Source of the DNA: an uncultured candidate division Zixibacteria bacterium
Lineage (GTDB): Bacteria; Zixibacteria; MSB-5A5; GN15; FEB-12
DNA length: 64,000 bases
NCBI GenBank assembly: GCA_963711085.1
Contig: CAVQCT010000002.1
Coordinates: forward strand, 1,227,678-1,291,677
Direction: 5' to 3'
Part shown: positions 10,379-21,024 of the stretch, piece after piece
Position numbering within the stretch: position 1 is the stretch's first letter
Layout of the letters: every line of letters starts with the position of its first letter
The notes under the pieces: generated by a model
The model's database searches: none
What the model was told of the DNA's origin: nothing
The model's input: the letters and a program-made list of their open reading frames with translations, nothing else
Position numbers and translations under genes: made by a program

Positions 10379-12278
10379 GTGAACCTGTACAAGAGATCGT
10401 TTTCGGTCCTCTGGCCATATTGGAAGCAACTGACCACAGCTTCGGTGTCGGCGGCCCTCAACGCCATTTTTTCCGGGCTGATGGTCTGGATGTTCGGGCC
10501 GTTGTTGATGACTCTCTTTCAGGTGAACAACCTTCCGATCGTCGGCTCTGCCGCCTCGCCGTCAGACTCAAATAGTTATCCCGGCCGATACCAGCTTGGT
10601 GAATCAGACCGGTTTCATGGCTGCTCTTACCCGGACAGCAGCGGAGATACGCGAGACAATGAAGGGCTGGGTTGACGCTATCGTCTCGGGTGCGGACAGG
10701 AAGCAGACGCTTATCCGTTTCTGTTGGGCGATTCTGCTCGTCGTCATAGCAAAGAATCTTTTCCTGTACTTGCAGGGGTTCTTCATGGCATTTGTCCAAC
10801 AGTCGGTCGTGCGACATTTTCGTGACCGATTGTTCGAAAAGTATCAGCGATTGTCGCTCGATTACTTCCATTCGCGAAGAACCGGACAGATAATCTCGCG
10901 GGTGACCAACGATGTCATGGTACTCAACGAATCGATCGACCTTGGCTTCAACCGACTGGTAACCGACTCCATTACCGTGCTCGTGTTTTTCTTTTTCCTG
11001 ATCGTGCTGAGCTGGAAGCTTACCCTGCTGGCCATGATCATCCTGCCGGTGATTTTTGGATTCATCTGGTACATAGGGAAGAAGCTCCGCAAGTATTCCG
11101 AGCGATCCCAGGAGCGGATGTCCGATGTGAATTCAGTCCTTGAGGAATCGGTCAGCAATATCCGGATTGTCAAAGCGTTCTCGATGGAGAATTTCGAAAT
11201 CAAGAAATTCTTTGCCGCGACTTACAACTATTTTCGCGCGCTGCTTCGCATGACGCGAATTCGCCATCTGGCCTCGCCGATAAACGACACGCTCGCCACG
11301 ATCGCAGGAGTCATCATCCTGCTCTATGCCGGCAGCAAGATAGTGGCCGGGACGGGGGAGTTCGACGCCGGTGATTTTATGACGTATCTGCTGGCGATGT
11401 TCTCGATGATCAAGCCGGTCAAATCGCTTAGCCAGATTCATATCAAACTTCAGGAAGGTATGGCAGCCTCTGTGCGTATCTTTGAAGTACTCGATGCGGA
11501 CGAGAAAATTGGGAATGCGATCGATGCCCGGACGCTGACTTCATTCGAGAAGTCAATAGAATATCGCGGCGTGACTTTCAGCTACAATGGCTCCGATACG
11601 ATCCTCAAAGATGTATCTTTCACGGTCGAGCGCGGACAGGTGATTGCATTTGTCGGACCCTCGGGAGGAGGGAAGTCGACATTGCTCGACCTGCTGCCGA
11701 GATTCTATGATCCGCAGCAGGGGAGTATCGTCATTGACGGATATGATATCCGGAACGTCACCCTTGAATCACTTCGTTCGCTTATGGGGATCGTGACACA
11801 GGAGACCTACCTGTTTAACGATACGGTTTTCAATAACATCGCCTATGGCCTTGCCGATGTGGACAAGCAGAAGGTGATCGAAACGGCGAAGATGGCCAAC
11901 GCCCATGACTTTATTCAGGAGCTTGAGAACGGGTATGACACTCAGGTCGGCAATCGGGGAGTCAAGCTGTCCGGCGGACAACGCCAGCGCCTGGCAATTG
12001 CGCGAGCGTTGCTTAAAGATCCCCAGATTCTCATATTCGATGAAGCTACATCGGCGCTTGATACCGAGTCCGAGGTTCTGGTACAGGAGGCAATCGACCG
12101 CCTGATGAGGAACCGTACCTCGCTGGTCATCGCACACCGCCTTTCAACGATTAAGAACGCTGACCGGATTATTGTGATCGACCGGGGCCGAATGGTCGAG
12201 TGCGGAACGCACGAAGCTTTACTGGAAACGAACGGCCTGTACGCCCGGCTGTATTCCATGCAATTCAGGGATATTTGA
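10379..12278 (+). pseudogene. msbA: MsbA-like lipid A/ABC exporter (fused TMD-NBD), frame-disrupted between TM1 and TM2
   Basis: ORF 10379..10675 encodes a typical exporter N-terminus and TM1 (LWPYWKQL...). ORF 10596..12278 encodes TM2-6 plus the NBD (Walker A GPSGGGKST, LSGGQRQR, Walker B ILIFDEATSALD). The frames overlap in 10527..10675. This could be an assembly indel rather than a true pseudogene. Confidence 0.75.
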
Positions 12279-13397
12279 TGAATATCGCATTCCTTGACTC
12301 AATCGAGACGACTACCTACGGTGGAATGGAAGAATGGATCCGGTTGGTGGCCGAAGGTCTGAAGGCGCGAGGGCACGCGATAACCGTGATTGGCCGATCC
12401 GGTTCGAAGTTCCTTGAACGGGTTATGGCCGCGAAGTCTGGAATTGCCGTGGAGGCAATCCGAATCGCCGGCGATTTCGACCCGGTTACCATCTCCAAAC
12501 TTAAGCGGATACTCTCCGAAAAGAAAATCGACCTGTTGTCGGTGAACTTCAACAAGGATGTCCGACTCGGCGGCCTGGCTGCCCTGTTCAATGGAAATAC
12601 CCGGGTTATCTGGTCGCTCGGCATGAATATTACCGAGTGATAAGGCTGTTCATCGATGGCTTACCCCGAAGCTGGTCAGCGGGGTGATCGTGCCATCACA
12701 GGCACTTAAGAATGAAATTGTAGCTTCGGGATATATCGAGCCGGACTCGGTGGAAGTAATTCCGATCGGCATTCCGGACGCTGCCGATTTATCCGACCAT
12801 AAGATTGCCCGAGAGCATTTGTTATCTGAATTTGGATTACCTTCAGACAGTATTATCGCTGTGACGGTTGGCAGATATGTCGAGCACAAGGGTCATCGCT
12901 ATCTGATTGCGGCTGCGAAGGAGATCGTCCGCAAGCTGCCGGCAATCCGATTTCTCTTTCTCGGTGATGGTCCGTTGGAATCCGATCTCAAAAGACAAAT
13001 TGAGAGCGCAGGACTGGAAAACTATTTCCTGTTGGCTGGAATGCGCTCCGATGTCGCTGAGCTGCTCCCCGGAGTCGATCTGATGATACATCCGTCGATT
13101 CAGGAGCCGTTCGGCATCGCCGTTCTCGAAGGGATGCGGGCGGGACTGCCGGTGGTGGCCAGCCGGATCGGCGGGATTCCGGAAGTAGTGGCTGAAGGTG
13201 TGACGGCAATTTTGTGCGAGGCCGCTGACCCGTTCCGGTTGGCGAGTGCAGTGCTTGAAGCGGGTATGAATCGTTCCCAGATGTCGTCAATGGGGAAGGC
13301 TGGAAGACAACGATGGAGCGAATCGTTCAGGTATGAACATATGATCGAGCGGGTGGAAGAAAGCTTCAGAAGGCAGGTGCGAATACATGAAGTTTGA
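12278..13397 (+). pseudogene. GT4 family glycosyltransferase, frame-disrupted between N- and C-terminal Rossmann domains
   Basis: The N-domain ORF (true ATG 12278, overlapping the msbA stop) ends at TGA 12638..12640. The C-domain (EPFGIAVLEGMRAGLPVV, an E-x7-E-like GT4 motif) continues in the +1 frame, which is open only from 12627. Confidence 0.75.
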
Positions 13398-14508
13398 TCG
13401 CCTCAAACCGCTCGAACACAAATTCAAGGCGTTTTTCTTCCAGGTGTGCCGCTCGTTCCTGAAGAAAGGACAGAAGGACTTCGTCCCGCTCGATGGGAAC
13501 AAAATTAAAAAAGTGCTCTTCCTCCGTCCTGAAAAGATCGGTGATATGGTCATTTCGTTTCCGGTGTTCGATGGTCTCCGTGCCCGCTTTCCGCATATCA
13601 AAATCGCCATTCTCGGGTCGCCTACTAATTTCCAGATCATCAGGAATGACCCCCGCTTCGACAAAGTCTATATCTATCGCAAGAGCCCGTTACATGACAT
13701 TAAAGAGCTCATGGCGATGCGTCGGGAGAAGTACGACTGCGTGGTCGATATGATCGGGAACGACTCGGTCACTGCCCTGTTTATGTCTCAACTTTGCGCC
13801 CCAGGCAAACCGCGGATCGGCGTCGGCAAGGTCAAGTATCGCGAGTACTACGATTTCAACTACGACCATCGCATGGGAAACACGGGACATATCATAGAAA
13901 ATACCTTACGACTGCTGGACGCCTTCGCGATCGACAGCACCAGGGTCTCCGGCTATGCCACGCCGTATCTTGAAAGGCAAGAGATCGATCAGGCGCAGCG
14001 GTTCATTTCAAGTCTGGACGGCTCAGGACAACAGACGTTCAAAGTAGGATTCAACATGTCGGCCGGATCGCCAACCCGAATGTGGGCTGAGGAGAAGGCC
14101 ATCGAGTTGCTCAAACGAATAGTGCAGCATTATGACAACTGCCGCATTATCCTGTTCACCATTCCACCGGAAAGAAAACGGGCAGAGAAACTTCGGCAGC
14201 TACTTAACGGTGATGTCGAGCTGGTGCCTGACGGTCTGTCATTGGCCGGCGCGGCGGCCATCATCAAGCATCTCGATATCCTCATTTCCCCTGATACCTC
14301 GCTGGTTCATATTGCCCGGTCATTCAGAGTACCGGTCGTTGGACTGTACAGCCGGTATATGAAGAATTTTCTCTTGTGGCGCCCGTACGATCAAGCGACC
14401 GGTGCGGTGGTTTCCGGCAACGACGACAACATCTTTGATATCACGGTGGACCAGGTGTTCGACACGTTCAGTACGGTACTGAAACAAGAACTGGAGGCGA
14501 AGCATTGA
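13387..14508 (+). CDS. GT9 family glycosyltransferase (LPS heptosyltransferase-like)
   Basis: 373-aa ORF. N-terminal KVLFLRPEKIGDMV and C-terminal SPDTSLVHIA motifs are typical of RfaC/RfaF-type GT9. Confidence 0.8.
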   Translation: MKFDRLKPLEHKFKAFFFQVCRSFLKKGQKDFVPLDGNKIKKVLFLRPEKIGDMVISFPVFDGLRARFPHIKIAILGSPTNFQIIRNDPRFDKVYIYRKSPLHDIKELMAMRREKYDCVVDMIGNDSVTALFMSQLCAPGKPRIGVGKVKYREYYDFNYDHRMGNTGHIIENTLRLLDAFAIDSTRVSGYATPYLERQEIDQAQRFISSLDGSGQQTFKVGFNMSAGSPTRMWAEEKAIELLKRIVQHYDNCRIILFTIPPERKRAEKLRQLLNGDVELVPDGLSLAGAAAIIKHLDILISPDTSLVHIARSFRVPVVGLYSRYMKNFLLWRPYDQATGAVVSGNDDNIFDITVDQVFDTFSTVLKQELEAKH

Positions 14509-15272
14509 GGCCGCTTTCGGTAGTCATCATCACCAGGGACGAAGAACGCAATATCGGCAGGTGTCTGGAGTCTGTTTCCTGGGCCGATGATATCGTGCTG
14601 ATAGACAGCCAGTCGACCGATCGCACCCTGGAGATCGCTCAGAAACATGGCGCCAGAATTTTCTCCCCGGTCTGGAAAGGGTACGGGGTGGCGAAGCAGG
14701 AAGGAGTGGCCCAGGCGAGGTCTGACTGGATACTCTCGTTGGATGCCGATGAGGCAGTAACGCCGGAACTTGCCGAAGAGATCAAGTCGGTCCTGTCGGA
14801 CCCGAACCCCGCTTCGGGATACTTCCTGCCGCGACGTACGCAGTTTTTGGGACGATGGATCAAGCACTGCGGCTGGTATCCCGATCACATTCTCCGGCTG
14901 TTCGACCGGACGAAAGGTGGATTCACCGAGTCGGTCGTGCATGAGAAAGTGCTGGTGGACGGATCGACCGGATATTTGAAACACGATCTGCTTCACTTCA
15001 GCTATCCGTCGCTGGAAGATTATTTTCGCAAGTATAACAACTACACGACGCTGGGAGCTGAGGAAGCGTTCCGAAAGGGAGTGCGGGCCGGTTGGTTTGA
15101 CATCGTAATAAAACCTTACGTTGCTTTTCTAAAGCATTATATTGTCCGGCAAGGCTTTCGCGATGGCCTGGAAGGATTCCTGGTCTCTATTTTGTCCAGC
15201 TCGGCGGTAATGGTAAAATATGCCAAGCTTCGCGAAATCCAGCGAATGAAACGCAAAACAGGAACTGATTGA
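14505..15272 (+). CDS. GT2 family glycosyltransferase
   Basis: 255-aa ORF with SVVIITRDEERNI, a DxD-like LDADE motif and the GT-A fold pattern. It overlaps both neighbours by 4 nt. Confidence 0.8.
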   Translation: MRPLSVVIITRDEERNIGRCLESVSWADDIVLIDSQSTDRTLEIAQKHGARIFSPVWKGYGVAKQEGVAQARSDWILSLDADEAVTPELAEEIKSVLSDPNPASGYFLPRRTQFLGRWIKHCGWYPDHILRLFDRTKGGFTESVVHEKVLVDGSTGYLKHDLLHFSYPSLEDYFRKYNNYTTLGAEEAFRKGVRAGWFDIVIKPYVAFLKHYIVRQGFRDGLEGFLVSILSSSAVMVKYAKLREIQRMKRKTGTD

Positions 15273-16324
15273 ATATGCCACGTGTGATAGATTTGGAGCC
15301 GGGAGATCGGATCCTCATCAGTCGTACTGATCGGCTGGGAGACCTGGTTCTCGCCCTCCCTTTCGTTGAGACGATCAAAGCTCGCTACCCCGAGTGCCGG
15401 GTCGACGTGATCGCATCGCTCTATGCCTCGCCGATTCTCGAAAACAACGAGAGTGTCGGAAAGATTCTCCGCGTTCAGAACGATCAGCTGCTGGCCAATA
15501 AGCTGTACAAAAAGGATCTCCTCCAGAAAATCAAGAAGGAGAAGTACAAACTGGTGGTCGTGCTCTACCCGGAGCGGCAGATCTCAAGGCTGTTCTATGA
15601 CGCCGGCATTCCCACTCGGATTGGAACGGCCGGACGATTCCACTCGATCTTCTTCAACACTCATTTGATTCACAGTCGTAAGAAGAATCTGAAACACGAA
15701 TTCGAATATAATCTCGACTTTTTGAAGTTCTTCCATAAAGGCCCGAAGATAACTTTTTCCAAAGTGCACCTTCGCGATAAAGAACTCAACAACGCTCGCA
15801 GAATTCTTACTAACGCCGGAGTTGATGATCGCTTCATTGTCCTGCACCCGGGATCGGGTGGCTCAGCGGAATGCTGGCCGATGGAAAATTTCATCAGGCT
15901 GTACGAACTGCTCGACGAAAAAGGGGCCAATCCGGTCATTTCCGGGTCTGATCCGGAAGGAGCTATGATTACAGACGTTGCCCGGAAGCTGGGCGTGCCG
16001 ATCCGCAAAATTACCGGCGATACCGATCTGAGAACTCTTGCAGCCGTACTGTCGCTGGCCGAAGTAGTCGTGGCAAATTCCACCGGGCCATTACATTTGG
16101 CCGCTGCGGTCGATACCAAAGTGGTCGGGCTGTATCCGAGTCGCAAAGCGATGTCCCCGGTTCGCTGGGGTCCGATCGGTCGCAAAGGCCGGGTCATACA
16201 ACCGGAAGGGGTCGAGTGCCAGTGTCCGCACAAACAGTGCACGTGCATGTCGCTGATCACGCCGGGACAGGTGGCCGATGAAGTGCTGGCCATGTTCAAA
16301 AAGAAATACCGCAGCGAAGCATGA
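15269..16324 (+). CDS. GT9 family glycosyltransferase (LPS heptosyltransferase-like)
   Basis: 351-aa ORF with ILISRTDRLGDLVL and NSTGPLHLAAA motifs. Confidence 0.8.
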   Translation: MNMPRVIDLEPGDRILISRTDRLGDLVLALPFVETIKARYPECRVDVIASLYASPILENNESVGKILRVQNDQLLANKLYKKDLLQKIKKEKYKLVVVLYPERQISRLFYDAGIPTRIGTAGRFHSIFFNTHLIHSRKKNLKHEFEYNLDFLKFFHKGPKITFSKVHLRDKELNNARRILTNAGVDDRFIVLHPGSGGSAECWPMENFIRLYELLDEKGANPVISGSDPEGAMITDVARKLGVPIRKITGDTDLRTLAAVLSLAEVVVANSTGPLHLAAAVDTKVVGLYPSRKAMSPVRWGPIGRKGRVIQPEGVECQCPHKQCTCMSLITPGQVADEVLAMFKKKYRSEA

Positions 16325-18462
16325 ACCTTGCCGAATTTATCATACGAATCGAGGCCTTCAACGCGAATGTCAACATTCCGTTGATTCGCAAGGCGTACGA
16401 GTTCTCCGACATGGCTCACCGCGGACAGAAGCGGATGTCCGGCGAGCCGTTCGTGGAGCATTGCCTTGAAGTTGCCTTCATACTGGCCGAACAGCACATG
16501 GATTCGACAACCATCGCAGCCGGCCTGGTGCACGACGTAGTCGAAGATACCGACATCCCGCTGGAACGGCTCCGGGCGGAATTCGGCGATGAGATCGCCG
16601 ATCTGGTCGACGGTGTGACGAAACTCGGCGCGGTGCACTATGCCTCGCGGGAAGAACAACAGGTCGAGTATTTCCGCAAGATGCTGCTGTCGATGGCCAA
16701 GGACATCAGGGTCATCCTGATCAAACTGGCCGACCGGCTGCACAACATGCGCACGCTCGAACACATGCCTCCCGAGAAACAAAAGATCATCGCAGAAGAA
16801 ACCCGAGACATCTACTGCCCGCTCGCTCACCGCTTCGGTATCAACAAAGTGAAAATTGAGCTTGAAGATCTGTCGCTAAAATATCTCAGGCCGGAAATCT
16901 ATTTCGACCTTGCCCAGAAGATCAAAGAGAGAAAGGAAGAGCGGGAGGGGTATATCGAAAAAGTGGTGGCGCCGATCAAGGCCGCGATGGTCAAGGACAG
17001 TATCAAGGCGGATGTCTACGGTCGGGCGAAACACCTGGACTCGGTGTTTCGCAAAATTCAGGTTCGCAAGGTGCCGTTTGAGGAAATTTTCGATCTGTTC
17101 GCCATTCGTATAATCGTGAACACCGAACGGGATTGCTATCACGCGCTCGGCATCATCCACTCGATGTGGAAACCGGTATCGAACCGGTTTCACGATTATA
17201 TCGCCAATCCAAAACCGAACGGATATCGCTCGCTGCATACGACCGTGTTCGGACCCGAGAACAAGATGGTCGAGATACAGATCCGAACTCATCAGATGCA
17301 CCATGTCGCCGAGAACGGAATCGCCGCCCACTGGCTGTACAAAGAAGGGAAACAGCAGATGAGCAAGTCGGACCGGCAGATGGTCTGGCTTCGCGATGTG
17401 CTCGAGTGGCAGAAGGATATGACCAATCCGGCCGATTTTATGGAGTACCTCAAAATCGACCTGTATTCCGAAGACATCTTCGTCTTTACCCCCAATCAAA
17501 AGCTGATTCATCTGCCCAAGGGGGCGACACCGCTTGATTTCGCCTTCCAGATCCACTCCGAAGTCGGTATTCACTGTGCGGGTGCAAAGATCAATGGCCG
17601 TCTCCAGCCGCTCTCGACTGAATTGAATTCCGGTGATGTTGTCGAGATCATCACCAACCCCAACCGGGTCCCATCGCACGACTGGCTCAAACTGGTAAAG
17701 ACGTCCTCCGCCCGTGCGCGGATTCGCCGATGGCTTAAGCAGGCCGGGTTCGAACAGTCGGTTGTGCTTGGCAAGCAGATTGTCGAGCGGAAGCTCAAAG
17801 AGTTGCGGGTCAAATTGCCCGGAGACGATATCCTGCAGGGATATGCGGAGCAGCTGGACAAGAAGACGGTCGATGATCTGTTTGCGGCGATCGGGAACGG
17901 GTCGATGACTTCACGGGCGCTGATCGAGCTGATTGCCCCCGAAGAAGACGAGAAGCCGGCCGGATTCATAAACCGGGTGGTCGACCGAATCCGCGGATCG
18001 AAGGGGATTAAAGTCCATGACATGGACAACATGATGTTCCGGTTTGCCGGATGTTGTCAGCCGGTACCGGGCGAAGACATTATCGGGTTCATCACGCGGG
18101 GGAGAGGCGTCACGATTCACCGGACCGATTGCCCGGCGGCGACCCAGTTGCTCAGTGATTTCCCGGAACGCAAGATCGACGTAAGCTGGGATACGGCAAA
18201 AGGGCAATCGTTCATCGTCCAACTCAAGGTGACGGTCGAGGACCGCAAGAATATGTTGAGGGACCTCTCGCAGGCGATCGCCGATGCGGATACCAACGTC
18301 CGGGGGGCCGAGATGTATGCCCAGGACTCGACGGCCATCGGAAAATTCGTGGTCGAAGTTTCAAGCCTTTCGCATCTTAACCGGGTTCTGGACAAGGTCC
18401 GCAAGGTCAAGGGAGTTCTCTCAATCGTGAGAGAAAAAGGTGCCGATACTTCCACCGAATAG
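16321..18462 (+). CDS. rel: Bifunctional (p)ppGpp synthetase/hydrolase (RelA/SpoT homologue)
   Basis: 713-aa ORF. HD hydrolase motifs (HDVVEDT), synthetase motifs (YRSLHTTV, EIQIRT), then TGS and C-terminal ACT-like regions. Confidence 0.9.
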   Translation: MNLAEFIIRIEAFNANVNIPLIRKAYEFSDMAHRGQKRMSGEPFVEHCLEVAFILAEQHMDSTTIAAGLVHDVVEDTDIPLERLRAEFGDEIADLVDGVTKLGAVHYASREEQQVEYFRKMLLSMAKDIRVILIKLADRLHNMRTLEHMPPEKQKIIAEETRDIYCPLAHRFGINKVKIELEDLSLKYLRPEIYFDLAQKIKERKEEREGYIEKVVAPIKAAMVKDSIKADVYGRAKHLDSVFRKIQVRKVPFEEIFDLFAIRIIVNTERDCYHALGIIHSMWKPVSNRFHDYIANPKPNGYRSLHTTVFGPENKMVEIQIRTHQMHHVAENGIAAHWLYKEGKQQMSKSDRQMVWLRDVLEWQKDMTNPADFMEYLKIDLYSEDIFVFTPNQKLIHLPKGATPLDFAFQIHSEVGIHCAGAKINGRLQPLSTELNSGDVVEIITNPNRVPSHDWLKLVKTSSARARIRRWLKQAGFEQSVVLGKQIVERKLKELRVKLPGDDILQGYAEQLDKKTVDDLFAAIGNGSMTSRALIELIAPEEDEKPAGFINRVVDRIRGSKGIKVHDMDNMMFRFAGCCQPVPGEDIIGFITRGRGVTIHRTDCPAATQLLSDFPERKIDVSWDTAKGQSFIVQLKVTVEDRKNMLRDLSQAIADADTNVRGAEMYAQDSTAIGKFVVEVSSLSHLNRVLDKVRKVKGVLSIVREKGADTSTE

Positions 18463-18483
18463 ACTACTCTTTCGACTCCAAGT

Positions 18484-20196
18484 CTAAAACTGAACGGGAA
18501 GCGTAACTGTTTGCTCGCCTCGTTCCACCACTACTTGAACACTGTCTCCCTTTTTGAATTTCGAGAGTGCGTTCATGTAGTCTGAAATATCTCCGATATC
18601 ATAATTTCCCATCTTTACGATGACATCCCCCTTTTGAATTCCGGCTCTTTCACCCGGACGGTCAGGCATGACACCGGCGATTCTCAGCCCTTTGGTCTCC
18701 GCGACATAGTCGGGCATTACACCGAGGGTGACGGAGAATTGCGGACGTCGGTGACCCTCGGTACCACCTTTGGTTTTCGCGAATACGAGCGGTCCGCTGT
18801 ACTGATCGAAGTGGGTGATGATTCCGCCGACAATGTCGGCAACCTGGACTATCCCGTGGCTGTCAATTTTGTCGATATCATCGGTCGGCTTGTGGTAGTC
18901 GGCGTGCGGGCCGGTGAAGAAGTAGAGCACCGGGATGTTTTTATTGTAGAAGGCAGTGTGATCCGAGGGTCCAATGCCGGATTCCTTGAAGGTCATCTTA
19001 ACACCGTCTGACTTGAGCGAATCGAAATAATTCTTGAACTGTTCGCATGTGCCGGTGCCAAGAATGGCCAGGCCGTTCTCCTGGTCTTTGAGCCGTCCGA
19101 TCATATCCATATTGATCATCATCCGGACTTTGGTAGAATCGATTGTCATGTGATCGGCGAAATGGGTCGAGCCGAGCAGCCCCGCTTCTTCGCCGCTGAA
19201 CGAAATGAACAGCAACGAATACTTGAGTTGATCTCGCGCACCCTCGAAATATCGCGCCAGTTCGAGAAGGGCGGCGACCCCCGAAGCGTTGTCGTCGGCA
19301 CCGTTGTGAATCTCCGGAACCGGGCCATGGTACATTGACGCCGGCCCGCCCCTGCCGAGGTGGTCGTAGTGGGCGCCAATAATCACGGTGGTGTCGGTCC
19401 TTGCCGGAATGTATGCGATTACGTTGTAGCCTGTGTCGCGTACTTTGTAGAGCTGCGTCTCACCTTTTATGGACGAAATCATCGGTTCATCGAGCCCTAC
19501 TTTCAGCCGTTCCAGACCTTTTCGTTTGAGTAATACGATTGGGACATCCTTGAAATTGATATACGCAGGGATGACCGGTGCCAGGGTGTCGTCTTTGTTC
19601 GACGGGGTGTAAAGGAAGATTCCAGCTGCTTTGTGGTCGATGGCCATATTAATCTTGTCGGGGATGGTGCTGTACCGGTCAAAATCGACGTGCGGGTACT
19701 TTTCCTGCTCGGGGGTATTGCGCGCGATAAGTACCGCCTGCCCCGCAACATCCTTTCCGGCGTAGTCATCGTATTGGCCGTCCGATGTATCCACGGTGAT
19801 ACCATAACCGACATCGACCACATTGTTGAACGAGAACTGTCGCGATGCCGACTGTTTCAAAGGTTCGTACTCGTCACCTAATTTCAATTCGATGCCGTTG
19901 ACAATCAGTTTATTGTCAGGACCAAGTTCGATCTTTTTGAGGAAATTGAAACTTTGGAGGTAACCATCAGTTCCCTTAGGCTCGAGGCCGGCCGATTTGA
20001 AGACGCTCTCAATATACATGGCCGACTTCCACTCACCCGGTTCGCCGATTTCGCGCCCTTCCATCGAGTCATCGGCCAGCACCGCGACATGACGGAATAC
20101 TGAATCGGCAGTAATGGTATATGTGGAAGTAAGGCTATATGCGCTGGAGGCAAGAGCAAGCGCTAAAAGCAGAACGATCAACGCTGTTTTCTTCAT
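18484..20196 (-). CDS. Secreted M28 family aminopeptidase with C-terminal PDZ domain
   Basis: The internal ATG at 20196 gives the signal peptide MKKTALIVLLLALALASSAYS. M28 metal ligands are present (HYDHLG, GADDNASG, FSGEEAGLLGS), and the PDZ-like tail includes GIQKGDVIVKMG. Confidence 0.8.
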   Translation of the reverse strand: MKKTALIVLLLALALASSAYSLTSTYTITADSVFRHVAVLADDSMEGREIGEPGEWKSAMYIESVFKSAGLEPKGTDGYLQSFNFLKKIELGPDNKLIVNGIELKLGDEYEPLKQSASRQFSFNNVVDVGYGITVDTSDGQYDDYAGKDVAGQAVLIARNTPEQEKYPHVDFDRYSTIPDKINMAIDHKAAGIFLYTPSNKDDTLAPVIPAYINFKDVPIVLLKRKGLERLKVGLDEPMISSIKGETQLYKVRDTGYNVIAYIPARTDTTVIIGAHYDHLGRGGPASMYHGPVPEIHNGADDNASGVAALLELARYFEGARDQLKYSLLFISFSGEEAGLLGSTHFADHMTIDSTKVRMMINMDMIGRLKDQENGLAILGTGTCEQFKNYFDSLKSDGVKMTFKESGIGPSDHTAFYNKNIPVLYFFTGPHADYHKPTDDIDKIDSHGIVQVADIVGGIITHFDQYSGPLVFAKTKGGTEGHRRPQFSVTLGVMPDYVAETKGLRIAGVMPDRPGERAGIQKGDVIVKMGNYDIGDISDYMNALSKFKKGDSVQVVVERGEQTVTLPVQF

Positions 20197-20352
20197 ACGA
20201 TTCCCTTCTTTGTAGGTAGAATCAAACGGCACAATATACCAGGGGCGGGGCAGCTTGTCAGCAATTTTTGAATTGTCGGACAGGTCGCAAACCGCTACAT
20301 TGGAAGCTGAATAGATACACATAGTCTTGAATTGGAGAATGGAGTACAGCAT

Positions 20353-21024
20353 ATGCCTCAAAACTTTTGCGCAGCGTGCGGCCAGAAGGTAAGCGAGACG
20401 GCCAGGTTCTGCCCTCAGTGCGGCGCCAGGCTCGGCTCAGCCTCGGAAGCGAAAGGGAAAGCCTCGAAACGGGGCCTTCGAGACACTGCTATCATTGCCG
20501 GCGCGATCATATTGATTGCGGTCGGCTATTTCATTTTCATGAGTCCGGAGACGCCTCCTCAGCCGCCCCAAACTCAGATGAACAGCGCGAGTAGTATGCC
20601 TCCGGGACATCCTGACGTCAACGGGATGGATTCGACTGCGATGCGGGTGCTCAACAGCCTTCCGCAGGATTACAACTCGCTGGTTGAGGCCGGTCACAAT
20701 AATATGGATGCCGGCAATTACCCGGTGGCCGCCGAGTGCTACCGTCGGGCTCTGGCAATCGATGGATCCTCGCTGGATCTACGCACCGACTACGGGGCGT
20801 GCCTTCATTTCATGGGCCTGACCGACCGGGCGATGGAGCAGTTCAGAAAAGTGCTGTCGCAGAACCCGAACCACGGGATCGCCAATTTCAATATGGGAAT
20901 CGTCTTTTACAGCCTGAATCAGAATGATTCCGCTCGATACTACTGGAACAAGTACCTTAAGCTCGATCCGAAAGGTACTGCGGCCGACAAAGCGCACGAA
21001 CTTCTGAAAGAGATTGGTGGCTGA
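20353..21024 (+). CDS. Zinc-ribbon / TM / TPR-repeat protein
   Basis: CAACG..CPQCG zinc ribbon, one TM segment and C-terminal TPR-like repeats. GGAG lies 8 nt upstream of the ATG at 20353. Confidence 0.6.
   Translation: MPQNFCAACGQKVSETARFCPQCGARLGSASEAKGKASKRGLRDTAIIAGAIILIAVGYFIFMSPETPPQPPQTQMNSASSMPPGHPDVNGMDSTAMRVLNSLPQDYNSLVEAGHNNMDAGNYPVAAECYRRALAIDGSSLDLRTDYGACLHFMGLTDRAMEQFRKVLSQNPNHGIANFNMGIVFYSLNQNDSARYYWNKYLKLDPKGTAADKAHELLKEIGG

Noticed and set aside
9728-12643. Idea that the TGA codons ending the interrupted frames reflect UGA reassignment, selenocysteine, or prfB-like programmed +1 shifting.
   Set aside because: Reading through TGA in frame does not restore the proteins; for example, 12638 TGA is followed directly by TAA. 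Many intact genes here end in TGA, and prfB itself relies on UGA as a stop. The codons before the stops (GCC, GAT, GGT, GAG) cannot re-pair at +1, and I saw no SECIS-like element. An indel or pseudogene explanation is retained instead.
15670-16830. Long antisense shadow ORFs opposite well-supported genes. Examples are 15670..16830 (386 aa), 8222..9019, 23141..24010, 16876..17679, 38006..38749, 53237..54031, 58528..59259 and 379..1014.
   Set aside because: Each lies entirely opposite a gene with strong family motifs. Their translations are Arg/Gly/Pro-rich low-information sequence typical of antisense frames, and they have no SD or start context.
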